Shown one piece after another: positions 44,598-55,518 of a stretch of DNA of 64,000 nucleotides; the stretch's first letter is position 1; each line of letters begins with the position of its first letter. Both the position numbers and the translations under genes were made by a program. Under the pieces are notes generated by a model. The model did not search any database, was not told the origin of the DNA, and saw nothing but the letters and a program-made list of their open reading frames with translations. The DNA is from an uncultured Methanosarcinaceae archaeon (GTDB taxonomy: Archaea > Halobacteriota > Methanosarcinia > Methanosarcinales > Methanosarcinaceae): positions 427,473-491,472 of the forward strand of contig CAVSHT010000004.1 in assembly GCA_963727895.1 (NCBI GenBank), in the 5' to 3' direction.

Positions 44598-45000
44598 TCA
44601 TTTCTCCAGAATTTTCCAGTGGCCGCCTTTCGCAGGGCCGACTCTTTTGATAATACATTTTTTCTTTAATACATCCATATGTTTTTGAATTGCAGATTGA
44701 TTTATGTTCAATTTTTCAGAAATTTCCTTTCTTGAGATAGTAGAGTTTTCATCGATCAAAAGGAGGATCTTACGCTGGTTCTCGTTAAGTTCGGGCCATT
44801 TTTCAGACCACTTTTCTGACACTTTTCTGACACTTTTCTGACCACTCTTTGCTTTCCTTTTCAGCTTTCTTTTCTTCTTCCTTTACTCCAGCTTTTTCTT
44901 CTGCTTCCATCTGTTTTCTCTTAAATGTAACAATAAATTGAGTCCCGACCTCTTTAAAATCAGTTTCAGGCTCTTTTAAAAGAATCAGACTAATGATCCC
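44598..45000 (-). pseudogene. C-terminal remnant of an ATP-binding/RecG-C-type protein with wHTH
   Basis: EPETDFKEVGTQFIVTFKR, (W)SEK repeats, LNENQRKIL..ISRKEISEKL..RVGPAKGGHW. Confidence 0.7.
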
Positions 45001-45219
45001 GTTTCAAGTTAAAAATAAAGTGTTTATAATAGATACATCCTTGCAGATATACTCAATTTTGGCTTTGAAAAAATCGCTAAAAATCATCTCCAAGAAACTG
45101 TCATATGACTTGGCAACTAATGCCCATACTTAGGAGAAATTCAAGGAGGAAAATAAGAAAAAATAAGAGAGTTGGAACATTTTATATATTTAGACAATGT
45201 ATATGATAATTGGGAAGAC

Positions 45220-45366
45220 ATGAAAATAGGTATACTCTCTTTTATAACACAAAATAAATGTAAATACCGTACTTCATGCCCAAATTTTCAGAAAGGGGGA
45301 AAATATTGTGAGGGATTGGACTACTGTAAATGTGGATTGTTCTTAAAAAGGAAACGAGGGATATAA
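45220..45366 (+). CDS. Small Cys-rich hypothetical protein (48 aa)
   Basis: ATG 45220, five Cys; TTTATATA at 45181. Confidence 0.4.
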   Translation: MKIGILSFITQNKCKYRTSCPNFQKGGKYCEGLDYCKCGLFLKRKRGI

Positions 45367-45576
45367 ATATATTTGACTCTATTTTGGAAGTACTTTATTT
45401 ATTTAATCATACTTTTTTAAGAATACGTTCTTAATTATGCTACAGATTAAATAGTTTTACGTATATAGCAAAAAAGGTGTGTTTATACACAGAAATAATC
45501 ATTACATAGTAAAACTTATAATTATTTTACATAGATTTGTTTTTTAAATTTTGAGGCTTAAAAATATATACTTTGC

Positions 45577-46518
45577 ATGGTTATAACTTTCGGACTTATA
45601 TATAAATTAAAAATTTGTTTATTCGATAGCCAGGGAGTTGACAGCTTGGTTAATAAAAAACTTATTAAGTTTTTAACTATTTTTCTTATATTTGCATTTA
45701 CCGCTGAATGTATATATACTGTCCTTGTCGACAAAATCCCTGCTTCATATATGAATTCCGAAGATATGGTAACAGATATGCACGCATTAATATTCAATGA
45801 AGAGAATAGTTCCCTACATTCCGAAACAGTATTAGGAGAACAAAACAAGGTCAAAGAGAATCAGAGCGCTGAAAACTCAAATGATTCTATAAATTATGAT
45901 ATCCCAAAAGTACCGACATACTCTGAAGAAAAATCAAATATTGTTTATCCAGAAGAATACCGGAAATTATCCCTGAATTTCCAAAGAGGCATTGGATCAG
46001 GGAATGAAATAATTTCATCTGAAGTTTTTAATATAACCAGAAAGACATCAGGGTACAATATTAATGACGCCTGTAAAGTATTTGATTATGTAAACCGTCA
46101 CTGGAAGTATCGTTCTGAAGGTAATGCTGACTTTTTCTTTGGAGCCTCTCAGACTATAAGTGAGGGTTATAAAGGTGACTGTGACGACTACTCTATAGTC
46201 ATAGCAGCACTTTTAAAAAATATGGGATTCAATACAAGGATCGTTACTGTAACAAATGAGACCTATGGACATGCCTATCCAGAACTTTACATAGGAAACA
46301 ATAATGAAACAGCGTATCAAATTCTCAGGTATGTACAGATGAGATATCCCTATGCTGAAAACATCTGGTACTCAAACAGAGATCTTAAAGATGGAGAAAT
46401 TCAATACTGGTTGAACTTCGACTGGAGCGGGTCAAATGGGTATATGCATCCTGGAGGAGTATATTATCTTGAAGGAGCGCAAGTAATTTACTATCCTTCT
46501 GGAATAGTTGAGTACTGA
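45577..46518 (+). CDS. Membrane-anchored transglutaminase-like protein
   Basis: N-terminal TM; GDCDDYS, GHAYPE, LNFDW catalytic-triad pattern; start may be ~45646. Confidence 0.8.
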   Translation: MVITFGLIYKLKICLFDSQGVDSLVNKKLIKFLTIFLIFAFTAECIYTVLVDKIPASYMNSEDMVTDMHALIFNEENSSLHSETVLGEQNKVKENQSAENSNDSINYDIPKVPTYSEEKSNIVYPEEYRKLSLNFQRGIGSGNEIISSEVFNITRKTSGYNINDACKVFDYVNRHWKYRSEGNADFFFGASQTISEGYKGDCDDYSIVIAALLKNMGFNTRIVTVTNETYGHAYPELYIGNNNETAYQILRYVQMRYPYAENIWYSNRDLKDGEIQYWLNFDWSGSNGYMHPGGVYYLEGAQVIYYPSGIVEY

Positions 46519-46735
46519 ACTAGAGTTAACTTGGAACCTACTTCCGTAATACAATTTTTATGTAGTATAGTAAATTTGCTGCAAATTATAGTCAATTTTT
46601 TTGTGTGTTATGGAAACAATTGCGTTCCATACATGAAATTTGCTATCCAAAAACTTTTTAAGATTTACAATTTACAGAAATTGTCACACTGCCAATAGAC
46701 TTGAACTATTAAAAACTGCAAGCATAAAAAGCTTA

Positions 46736-47266
46736 TTATATTTTTTTCATTTGAGTTCCTCTTTCCAATAATTCCCTTTTTCCAATATTATCTTCTCCCC
46801 ACTTTTGTTTAACCTCTTCACTCCACTGTAACTTACCATCTCCAATCATAGACTTTGGAATTGCAAAAATGTTTGCTCTCGTGTATCTGGAAAAACCAGA
46901 ATTGGATAACTTATATTGACTTGATTTCGCATCATATACCATCTGGTAATCAAGTTTAAATGCGCGAACTGCATCTGAAAATGTACAACTTTCCTGTGAT
47001 TCTTCTTTTTGTTCTTTTCCTTTCTTTCGCGTCTTTTTTTCGATCTCAATCTCTTCTTTTCTTATATCTTCCAAATACCATAAGCTTTTATCAATTTCAC
47101 TTTTAAACACAATCATATGCCATTTCAGAGATCGAGAATAAGGTTTTCTTAAAAGTTCATGCAACTCAGTAATTAGATTAGAATCATTTGTTGTACATTC
47201 AATCTCTTCCATTACTCTTTTAATTCTAGCCAAATTCACCTTTTGTCTTTCCTGACTTGTTGCCAT
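46736..47266 (-). CDS. Hypothetical protein
   Basis: 176-aa ORF with ATG, no recognised motif. Confidence 0.55.
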   Translation of the reverse strand: MATSQERQKVNLARIKRVMEEIECTTNDSNLITELHELLRKPYSRSLKWHMIVFKSEIDKSLWYLEDIRKEEIEIEKKTRKKGKEQKEESQESCTFSDAVRAFKLDYQMVYDAKSSQYKLSNSGFSRYTRANIFAIPKSMIGDGKLQWSEEVKQKWGEDNIGKRELLERGTQMKKI

Positions 47267-47547
47267 AACTACTCACTACATTATACATTAAATAATACAG
47301 TTATGTATGAAAATTATATTTTAAACCTTCGTTAATAGAGAATAAAGGATAAAAACGGTCAAAAATAAGACCAAACATTCTAAAATATGTCAAAAATAAA
47401 AGAGATTAAATTTTAAATTAATGCTTAAAAACAGAAATTTCAGGAATTCCTGTGATTATGAGACGTAAAACTCTTGTTTAACTGGTTTTCAGTATTTATT
47501 TATCAGCACTTTTATCTAACATGTTCTCATTTGTTTTATTGATTTTT

Positions 47548-48039
47548 ATGTCCGAAAATATAACAGAAAGTACCAGTAAAAAAGTTGAGAATGGGGATAC
47601 CATCTCAGTCGATTACGCAGGCAGACTTGAAGACGGCACAATTTTTGACACTTCCATAAAAGAGACAGCTATTCAGGCAGGGCTATACAATCAAATGAGA
47701 GATTACAAACCTCTTACATTTAATGTTGGCGCAGGACAAATGATAAAAGGGTTTGATGAAGGCGTTGTTGGAATGCAAATTGGAGAAGAAAAAATCCTTA
47801 CAATCCCACCTGAAGAAGCATATGGAGAGTACAACGAAGAATTAGCAAGAGAGTTGCCTATTAATTCTGTAGATTTCACTCCTGAAGTTGGAATGCGCTT
47901 GGCTACAGAAACTGGTCTAACAGGTATTATCACAAAGGTAAATGAAAATAGTTTTGTTATAGATTTTAACCACAATCTTGCAGGAAAAACTCTGACTTTT
48001 GTAGTGAAAATAGTTTCTATGGAGGAACACAAAGGATGA
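47548..48039 (+). CDS. FKBP-type peptidyl-prolyl isomerase (SlyD-like)
   Basis: VDYAGRLEDGTIFDTS, IKGFDEG, PEEAYG, DFNHNLAGKTL. Confidence 0.92.
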   Translation: MSENITESTSKKVENGDTISVDYAGRLEDGTIFDTSIKETAIQAGLYNQMRDYKPLTFNVGAGQMIKGFDEGVVGMQIGEEKILTIPPEEAYGEYNEELARELPINSVDFTPEVGMRLATETGLTGIITKVNENSFVIDFNHNLAGKTLTFVVKIVSMEEHKG

Positions 48040-48605
48040 ACACCAGAAAAGGATCAATTTTTTTCATAACGATTCTGCTCCTGATAAGTATAACTCTTGT
48101 CAGCGGATGCATGGATAATGGAAATAAAGGAGAAAATAGTAGAACAGTAAAATCAGGAGATACAGTCCAGGTGGACTATACAGGAATGTTTGAGAACGGA
48201 ACTGTTTTTGACACATCAAAAAAAGAAGTTGCGAAAAAAGCGGGATTATACGTTGATGAAAAGAATTATACTCCTCTAACATTCGTAGTTGGTTCAGGTC
48301 AGGTAATCCAGGGCTTTGACGAAGGCATAGTTGGAATGAAAGTCGGAGAAGAAAAAACATTGAAAATTTCTCCAGAAAAAGCTTATGGAAAATATGACGA
48401 AACAAAGATCCTGGCTATTCCCATAAAAGAGTTAAATCTAACGAATCTCTCCGAACTTCCTAAAGCAGGACAAACTATTAGCGACACATACGGAAATCGG
48501 TTCAAGGTAAAGGCAGTAAACAATACACATATCATTATTGATGCCAACAATGGGCTTGCAGGTAAGACTTTGATTTTTGATATAAAGCTCGTTTCTATAA
48601 AATAA
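48036..48605 (+). CDS. FKBP-type PPIase with lipoprotein-like signal peptide
   Basis: MNTRK-hydrophobic-VSGC lipobox; FKBP motifs. Confidence 0.9.
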   Translation: MNTRKGSIFFITILLLISITLVSGCMDNGNKGENSRTVKSGDTVQVDYTGMFENGTVFDTSKKEVAKKAGLYVDEKNYTPLTFVVGSGQVIQGFDEGIVGMKVGEEKTLKISPEKAYGKYDETKILAIPIKELNLTNLSELPKAGQTISDTYGNRFKVKAVNNTHIIIDANNGLAGKTLIFDIKLVSIK

Positions 48606-48730
48606 ATTTAAGTTCCTGAAAATCAAAATGATGGTTGTAGAATTTCTTTGAAATGTACATATTTTTGATATCCTGAGAAACATATAGATGACCTGGATAC
48701 TGAAAGAAAAATGTACAGGAGAAAGGGATA

Positions 48731-49203
48731 ATGGAACATTCTCGCATTGTGAATAAAGGAGATTACGTCCTTATTGATTACACCGGAAAATTAGAGGATG
48801 GAACAGTCTTTGATACCACTTTGAAGAAAAAAGCCTTAGAAGCAGGGATATATGACAAAGAAAAAGAATATAGAGCCTTTGTTTATTCAGAGTAGATACG
48901 GGTCAGATAATAAAAGGAATGGACAGGGGCATCCTTGGAATGAGAGAGGAAGAAGAAAAAACCTTTATAATTCTTCCTCAAGACGCTTATGGGGAATATA
49001 AGAATTATCTTGTCCAGGAGATTCCCCTCTCAAGACTTGAACTCCAGACTCCTCCTGAAACAGGAAAGAAAATTGTAACACCCGGCGGAAGTGAAGTTAC
49101 AGTACTTAGTTCCACGGAAACTTCTGCTACCCTGGATTTTAACCATGAACTTGCAGGCAAAACTCTGATCCTTGAGATAAAACTTGTCTCAATTATAAAT
49201 TGA
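48731..49203 (+). pseudogene. Third FKBP-type PPIase, frameshifted near 48875
   Basis: IDYTGKLEDGTVFDT in one frame, DFNHELAGKTL in another. Confidence 0.85.
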
Positions 49204-49234
49204 TTCCAGACTCTGCAAATGAAGGAGGCAAAGT

Positions 49235-49649
49235 ATGGAAAAAGAAGAAAAAGTCATGGTATTGCTGTTATTTATGACATTAACTTCTCTTATGGCAGCC
49301 TATCTTTGCTTTGGATCAGAACTTACAGCTGGGCAGGAGACAGGAAAAGAAGTAAAAACCGTACACTCCGGAATCCGCTGAAGGGGAAAAAGTGTTTATT
49401 CAAGCCGAAGTTTTGAGTAAACAGCTCACCTATAAAGGCGGACACCTGCTTTTACAGGTAGACTGCAACTCTGAAGTCCTGAGTATTTTTATTCCAAAAA
49501 CTGCAGGAGCTGAGGCTTTTAATGCATCAATCAAGAAAGGGGATTATATCAGTGTAACAGGTACAGTTTCGGAGTATGAAGGGAAAAAAGAAATCAAAGT
49601 GGAAAGAAAAGAAGATGTTCTTCTGAATGATCACAGCTCTTCTGAATAA
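49235..49649 (+). pseudogene. Membrane-anchored OB-fold protein, frameshifted near 49355
   Basis: GGAGG RBS, MEKEEKV plus TM; C-terminal KGDYISVTGTVSEYEGKKEI; extra A in GTAAAAACC. Confidence 0.7.
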
Positions 49650-49743
49650 ATATCATTTATCTGAGATACCATAATCAATAATCTTTCAAATAAAAGAAAA
49701 AGATCGTTAACAATATATTCATATAAGAACATCTTGGAAAAAT

Positions 49744-50922
49744 ATGAAAGCGTGTATCATGTGCGGAGGAACAGGGACAAGGCTCAGGCCGCTAACTTTC
49801 AAGCATCCTAAACCCAGCATACCGATTCTTAATAAACCTTCAGTCCTACATCTGATAGAGCATCTTTCAAGAGAAGGATTTAACGAAATAGTCATGACCC
49901 TCGGGTACATGGGAGAGCGAATAGAAGAGCAGCTTGGAAATGGACACATATTTGGGGTACATATCGATTATGTATATGAGAAAGAAAAACTTGGAACCGC
50001 AGGTGGGGTTAAAAATGCTGAGGAATACCTGAAAGACGAGCCATTTATTGTGCTTGGAGGAGATCACGTCCTGAATCTCGATTTGAGAGAGATGTATCGT
50101 TTCCATGAAACAAGTGATGCCTCTGTAACTATGGGACTTATTTCAATTGACGACCCAAGAGAGTTTGGAATTGCAGATATGGATATAAATAACAAGATCC
50201 ATCGCTTTCTTGAAAAACCGAAGGCAGGCCAGATATTCAGCAATCTTGCAAGTACAGGCATTTATGTTTGCGACCCTTCTATATTTGAATGGATACCTGA
50301 ACATAAAAAATACGATTTTGCGAAAGACCTGTTCCCCTTCATGCTTGAAGAAAACAAGGAAATAAACGGTGTTCTTGTGAGGGGACAATGGACTGATGTC
50401 GGAAGTTCAGCAGCTTACAGACAGGCACAACGCTGGATGCTCGATGCACTTCCTGGAACGACAATAGAAGGGAACTTCACAACTCGAAACGCCAGAATAA
50501 GAGGTCCTTTATCCATAGGGAACAACGTGTGCATAGGCTCTAATTCTTCTCTTGTAGGACCAATAGTAATTGGAGAAAATACAATCATAGGTGATAACGT
50601 CCTTATCGGTCCTTACAGTGTGATAGGCTCTAACTGTACTATAGAGGAAAATGCAAAGATCCTTTCATCTTATCTTTTCGATAATGTGTCCATAGGAAAG
50701 AATTCCAATATCTCAGGCGGAGTGGTTGCAGATGAAACAACCATAGAAGACCACTGTTTCCTTGAAAATGGAACTGTTATTGGACATAGAGTAGCTATAG
50801 GAAGTAATTCAACAGTACATTCTGGGGTTAAAATCTGGCCTGAAGTAGTCATAGATAAAAACTCAAGCATAAAAGATACCTTAATGAACCCTGATTACGA
50901 CATTGAACACGAAGGCTCGTGA
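49744..50922 (+). CDS. NDP-sugar synthase (mannose-1-phosphate guanylyltransferase-like) with hexapeptide repeats
   Basis: GGTGTRLRPLT..PKP, LGTAG, FLEKP, WTDVG, left-handed beta-helix tail. Confidence 0.92.
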   Translation: MKACIMCGGTGTRLRPLTFKHPKPSIPILNKPSVLHLIEHLSREGFNEIVMTLGYMGERIEEQLGNGHIFGVHIDYVYEKEKLGTAGGVKNAEEYLKDEPFIVLGGDHVLNLDLREMYRFHETSDASVTMGLISIDDPREFGIADMDINNKIHRFLEKPKAGQIFSNLASTGIYVCDPSIFEWIPEHKKYDFAKDLFPFMLEENKEINGVLVRGQWTDVGSSAAYRQAQRWMLDALPGTTIEGNFTTRNARIRGPLSIGNNVCIGSNSSLVGPIVIGENTIIGDNVLIGPYSVIGSNCTIEENAKILSSYLFDNVSIGKNSNISGGVVADETTIEDHCFLENGTVIGHRVAIGSNSTVHSGVKIWPEVVIDKNSSIKDTLMNPDYDIEHEGS

Positions 50923-51137
50923 ATTTAGTTAAAAAGTATAAAAAAGATAATTAAAATAAGTTTGTAGGTTTTCTACAAGACCAAAATTTATTATTGGTTT
51001 CTGTAAGTGGTTACTGGCTCAGGAAATCCAATTATTTTCCTTAAAGATTTTTATTACAATTCTTACAGAAACCTTATAATAAAAATTGATGATTACCTGA
51101 AAGTACCAATTTTCTTGTTCTTAGAATCCTGCCTCAA

Positions 51138-53636
51138 TTAGACTTTTGCCTCAACCTGTGAATTTTGGAATTTTCTCATTTCTTTTAGACGTCTGGCAAT
51201 GATTTCACCCAGGTAGAGTAAAAGCGCAGCAAGAAGCACATACACTTTCAGACTTACTTCCTCGTTAGATTGCTTTACTGAATTCTGCTTGGCATCCTTT
51301 AAGAGAAAAGCCCTTGCCTCCTTCTCACTATAAATTTTCCCTCCAGTTGCAAGAATGAGAGGTTCTATGTCTTTATTGATCCCAACATCCCTATATTCAA
51401 GCTGATAATTTACTGCAACTGGATAACCGGAAATGTCATGAATCCCAATACTTTCCGGGTTAACAGTTGCTTCATAAGTATTTCTTCCTGTAAGAGAAAG
51501 ATCAAGTGGGCTTCCATCCATATTTAACTGTGGGATTCCTTCGTCATAAATTGTAAGTGTTAGATTGGAAGGAGTACCAAGCCATGTATCAGGACTATCC
51601 AGAACAACTCCTTCTTTAGCTCTCGGATTTCCTATTGCCCAGTTAACCATTCTTGAAATTAATTTAGAATTATTTGATCCGGCATAAATATTAGTAGCCC
51701 AACGGGAACCTTCACCTGCTCCATTGTCTGTGGTAAAAGCTGCAACCCTTCCTAATCCGAAGCGCCAGGTAGTAATTACAGGTTTTCCATTTGGATCAGT
51801 TATAACCAGGCGCTCAGCTCCGGCTTTTGGAGTTACGTCATTATATCCGGTGATACTAGTATTATTATCAAGGGTAATACCTTTTGTAATGAAGCTATCT
51901 TGAGAATAGGCATAGAGAGAATAGTCTGACGTAGTATTCTCGTTTTCTTTTTGATTATCTTCTTCCTGAGACTTATCAGTTGACTCCAAGCCTATATTTG
52001 CTCTTTCTCCCATATTTATACGCATATAATTGTTTTCAAGTCCCAGACTCTGCATTAAAGTCTCAGCATAATATTTTCTGGTATTTTTATCAATTTGTGA
52101 AGATGTAGCAGGTGAAAGAACATGAACAAAATAAAGATTTACTTTCATATTCTTCAATTCTTTAGCGACCTCGAGACTCTTATCGTAAGATTCCTCAATT
52201 CCTCCATCAGAGATGATAATCGCATCACGTTCACCTGTTTCTCCTGTAAGCATCGTTTTTGCAAATGTAAGACCATCATTAAGAGAAGTCTTGGTTTGTT
52301 CATCAGGGACTAATTCTTTGATTCTAGTTTCCAGCATAGCCCGATTCTGGGAAAGCCCCAGGAATACAAGTCCTCCTGAAACGTCATATCCCTGACTTCC
52401 AAATGCTATAACCCCTGCATTTGCATCTCTTATATTTTTGTTCTCAAGAATAGATATAGCATTTCCAAGAATGTCATCGAGAGTTTTTTTGTCTCCCGTT
52501 TGTGTACTTGGTGAGATATCAAGAATCAGGACAACGTCCCGTCCTCCTTTATAATCCGAAGGCTTTGAAAGTACAGGCAGAATTTTTTCAAATGAAGAAT
52601 TAAGATAATTGCCGTAATTATACGCTCTTTCTCCTCCTACAACTACCAACCCGCCTCCATTATTAACATACTTACTAATTTCCTTTACCTGATCTTCCGA
52701 AAGATTACTAACAAACTGGTTATCGAGCACCAGAGCTTTGCTGCTATTCAGAGCGGTTGCTCCAGGATAAGTAGTGAAAACCGAAGTATTGTAAAGGCTA
52801 TTAAGTGTCTGAGCAAGAGGAGAATTAGGCTCATTGGTAACAAGAGTAAGTTTCGGTTTGGGGATTACATAAAGGGATTTTTGATATACGTTATTTATGC
52901 TATTCAGATCCTCTCCGGAAGGACTTATCTTTACACTGATATTGTGGGCTCCAAGAGTGCTAAAAGTCTCAGGAATTGGAATTGTGTAATTTCTAGTATT
53001 TTGAGAATAAGGACCACTCTGAGAAAGCTGTCCATCAACATATACTTCAAGGGAATAGCTAACATTTTGCTCGGAAGCCTGACGGACAACTACATCAAAC
53101 TCGTTCTGGTTGTCTACAACTACATCCTTATCTCCAAGAAGTTCGACACTTAGGTCATTTTTCTGAAGTTCAGGTTCGACAAGGTAAACTGAAGTGTTGG
53201 TTTCTTTTGCAAATCCCAAAGCATCAACAAGACTTTTTCCAGAGTTGTTGTTACCATCAGTAGTAAGAACAATCTGATTACCATTACCAGAATACTGGGT
53301 CACAGCATCCCCAAGATTTGTTTTATCGCCTGTAAGCTGAACTAAAGATGTGGGGGTATTAGCTGCAAGGGCTTTATACAAATCATTACCAGTTTCATTT
53401 GGAAAAATCCCCATACTTGCGGTTTTATCCTGAATCAGCACAAGTGAAGGATTACTTTCATTAACAGTTTGTGTAACCGTTGTAATTGGAGCAGCCAGAG
53501 CAAGTATAAGGAGGAAAGCTACAAGCATTCTCCATTCAACAATCTTCGTTTTTGTTTTCCGCAGGAGATAGAATCCGACAATTATCAAAGGGATAATAAG
53601 TAAAAGCATCTCCGGGTGTTCAAGAGATAAATTCAT
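51138..53636 (-). CDS. Membrane vWA-domain protein with glutamine-amidotransferase-like domain
   Basis: DKTAS, TDGN, GGGLVVVGG, LDISPS, ISDG, GLGRV; N- and C-terminal TMs. Confidence 0.8.
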   Translation of the reverse strand: MNLSLEHPEMLLLIIPLIIVGFYLLRKTKTKIVEWRMLVAFLLILALAAPITTVTQTVNESNPSLVLIQDKTASMGIFPNETGNDLYKALAANTPTSLVQLTGDKTNLGDAVTQYSGNGNQIVLTTDGNNNSGKSLVDALGFAKETNTSVYLVEPELQKNDLSVELLGDKDVVVDNQNEFDVVVRQASEQNVSYSLEVYVDGQLSQSGPYSQNTRNYTIPIPETFSTLGAHNISVKISPSGEDLNSINNVYQKSLYVIPKPKLTLVTNEPNSPLAQTLNSLYNTSVFTTYPGATALNSSKALVLDNQFVSNLSEDQVKEISKYVNNGGGLVVVGGERAYNYGNYLNSSFEKILPVLSKPSDYKGGRDVVLILDISPSTQTGDKKTLDDILGNAISILENKNIRDANAGVIAFGSQGYDVSGGLVFLGLSQNRAMLETRIKELVPDEQTKTSLNDGLTFAKTMLTGETGERDAIIISDGGIEESYDKSLEVAKELKNMKVNLYFVHVLSPATSSQIDKNTRKYYAETLMQSLGLENNYMRINMGERANIGLESTDKSQEEDNQKENENTTSDYSLYAYSQDSFITKGITLDNNTSITGYNDVTPKAGAERLVITDPNGKPVITTWRFGLGRVAAFTTDNGAGEGSRWATNIYAGSNNSKLISRMVNWAIGNPRAKEGVVLDSPDTWLGTPSNLTLTIYDEGIPQLNMDGSPLDLSLTGRNTYEATVNPESIGIHDISGYPVAVNYQLEYRDVGINKDIEPLILATGGKIYSEKEARAFLLKDAKQNSVKQSNEEVSLKVYVLLAALLLYLGEIIARRLKEMRKFQNSQVEAKV

Positions 53637-55516
53637 AGTTCACCCCGCCGGCGCACAATCAGGATTTCACCTAGCATGAGCAGGAACAGAATTCCTATCA
53701 GGTAATCGATAATGTCATTTTTGACAGTATAGGAATCAGACCTCACAAGTTTGGACTTATCTTCCGCAACAGCTCTCTGAATTACGTCAGATGCATCAAC
53801 TGTTGTATTCGATTCTTTGTCATTATAAAGGTTGACTGCAATCTTTTTACCTAATATTTCGTAAATTCCAGCTTCATCAAATAGGACATGGTTTGAAGTG
53901 AAGGTTTTCGTGGGAGTCTTGATTTCTTCAGTCTTTGAAAGGGAAGTCAAAGTGCCTGTGTTCAGGTTGTATTCGGAAATATCACCTGTACCTCCAAGCC
54001 ATTCAACAAGTTTGATCCAGAATACAGGGTACTCAGGCAAGTTATGGAAATTATTCCAGGCGTTGTCTCCTAATTCATCATCTAGTCCCATATAGAAAAC
54101 AGTTCCTTTACCTACCTGCCAGTAACTCAATATAGGAACTCCATTATCAAGAGTTGCAAGAGTTGTCGAGCCAGTTCTTTCAGTTGCGTTAAGATATTTG
54201 TAAACTGATATCTCATAACTACTAATGTCCTCTGTACTACTACTCTGCTGTGATTCCTGAACTCCAAGGTCGACTTCATTTGTTTCGTTCTCAATTCCTG
54301 TAGGTTTCACAGGCAGGATCTTGACAAGACCAACCTCAGTTTTATTGGGAGCTAAGGCGCCGCTTGCAATGAAAACTGCATTGCCTCCGTTTCTGACATA
54401 ATTTTCAATTCTTGTTATCGAATCATTAGCAATTGGATTTTCTTTCTGCGCAAGCACTACAAGCGTGTAACCATCAAGGGAAGAAGGCACGGAATTTACT
54501 ACACTGAGATTACTGTTTGGGATCAGTGAAAGTGCAGTTTTCGAAGGCAATTTTCCATTATCAGTAACATAGAGTATACGCTGCCCGGATGTATCTGGAA
54601 TGGAAATGTAAGCTTTGTTGTCAACAGATAAACTATCTTTCACATTAAGCTGAACTGTCGTTATTCCAGGTCCAAGGTTTCCAATAGTGAACTGGTTTGT
54701 CCCACCTGCTGGTACATTAATGGAAAAGGACGTTGAATTTTCGAAAGTTCCTCTTCCGGTCTCGATTTCAACATTTTCGTTTTGGTTTTTATAATTTTTA
54801 ATTACACCTGTGTAGCTATAATTTCCATTATTGGCTTCGATCCAGCCATTTATAATTCCAATGTTATCCACAGGCTTTCCAACTTTTACGAAATTAACTG
54901 AAATACCATAAGATTCAGCCAGATTTTTGGAACTAACAGGGTCGTCTCCTTTCGAATTAGTGAAATCCGAAATAACCATGATTTTTCCTCCTCCTTCCTG
55001 AGATAGAAGACGCATACCTGTGGTAATGGCTGCAGACAGGTCGGCAGTGCCAGCTCCGGGTTTAACCTTGCTGAGAATATCTTTTGCATTGGACGCATCT
55101 CCTCCGTCAAGAGCAAGAAGAGGAGTGTCTGAAGCTAGAATTATACTGTTTTTCTTGCTCACATACTCATCAGCAATCTTAACAGCATCGGCAAATCGGG
55201 AATCAACCTGCATACTTGCAGAAGTATCAAGAACCAGTACTGTATGTTCTCCGCTCAACGGTTCCTGTGAAGTATAATAGTAGCCTGCTGCTGCAGTGGA
55301 AAGAAGAATCAGCATAAGGAGCTGGATTAAGAAAAGTGGATCCCTTACAATCTTGGTTATCGAAGCGTATATCCGTTTTCGTTCTCTCTCAAGCTTCAGG
55401 ACAAACATCAGTGAAGGAATTGAAAGTACCGCCGGCTTCGGACGGAGCATGTAAATGATAATAAGAGGGATAACACTCAGGAGAGCAATAAGAGCCAGGG
55501 GATTTTCAAAAGGCAT
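53633..55516 (-). CDS. BatA/vWA-domain membrane protein
   Basis: MPFENP..L..IP..IIY BatA N-terminus; LDTSASM MIDAS; ISDF. Confidence 0.85.
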   Translation of the reverse strand: MPFENPLALIALLSVIPLIIIYMLRPKPAVLSIPSLMFVLKLERERKRIYASITKIVRDPLFLIQLLMLILLSTAAAGYYYTSQEPLSGEHTVLVLDTSASMQVDSRFADAVKIADEYVSKKNSIILASDTPLLALDGGDASNAKDILSKVKPGAGTADLSAAITTGMRLLSQEGGGKIMVISDFTNSKGDDPVSSKNLAESYGISVNFVKVGKPVDNIGIINGWIEANNGNYSYTGVIKNYKNQNENVEIETGRGTFENSTSFSINVPAGGTNQFTIGNLGPGITTVQLNVKDSLSVDNKAYISIPDTSGQRILYVTDNGKLPSKTALSLIPNSNLSVVNSVPSSLDGYTLVVLAQKENPIANDSITRIENYVRNGGNAVFIASGALAPNKTEVGLVKILPVKPTGIENETNEVDLGVQESQQSSSTEDISSYEISVYKYLNATERTGSTTLATLDNGVPILSYWQVGKGTVFYMGLDDELGDNAWNNFHNLPEYPVFWIKLVEWLGGTGDISEYNLNTGTLTSLSKTEEIKTPTKTFTSNHVLFDEAGIYEILGKKIAVNLYNDKESNTTVDASDVIQRAVAEDKSKLVRSDSYTVKNDIIDYLIGILFLLMLGEILIVRRRGEL

Positions 55517-55518
55517 TT

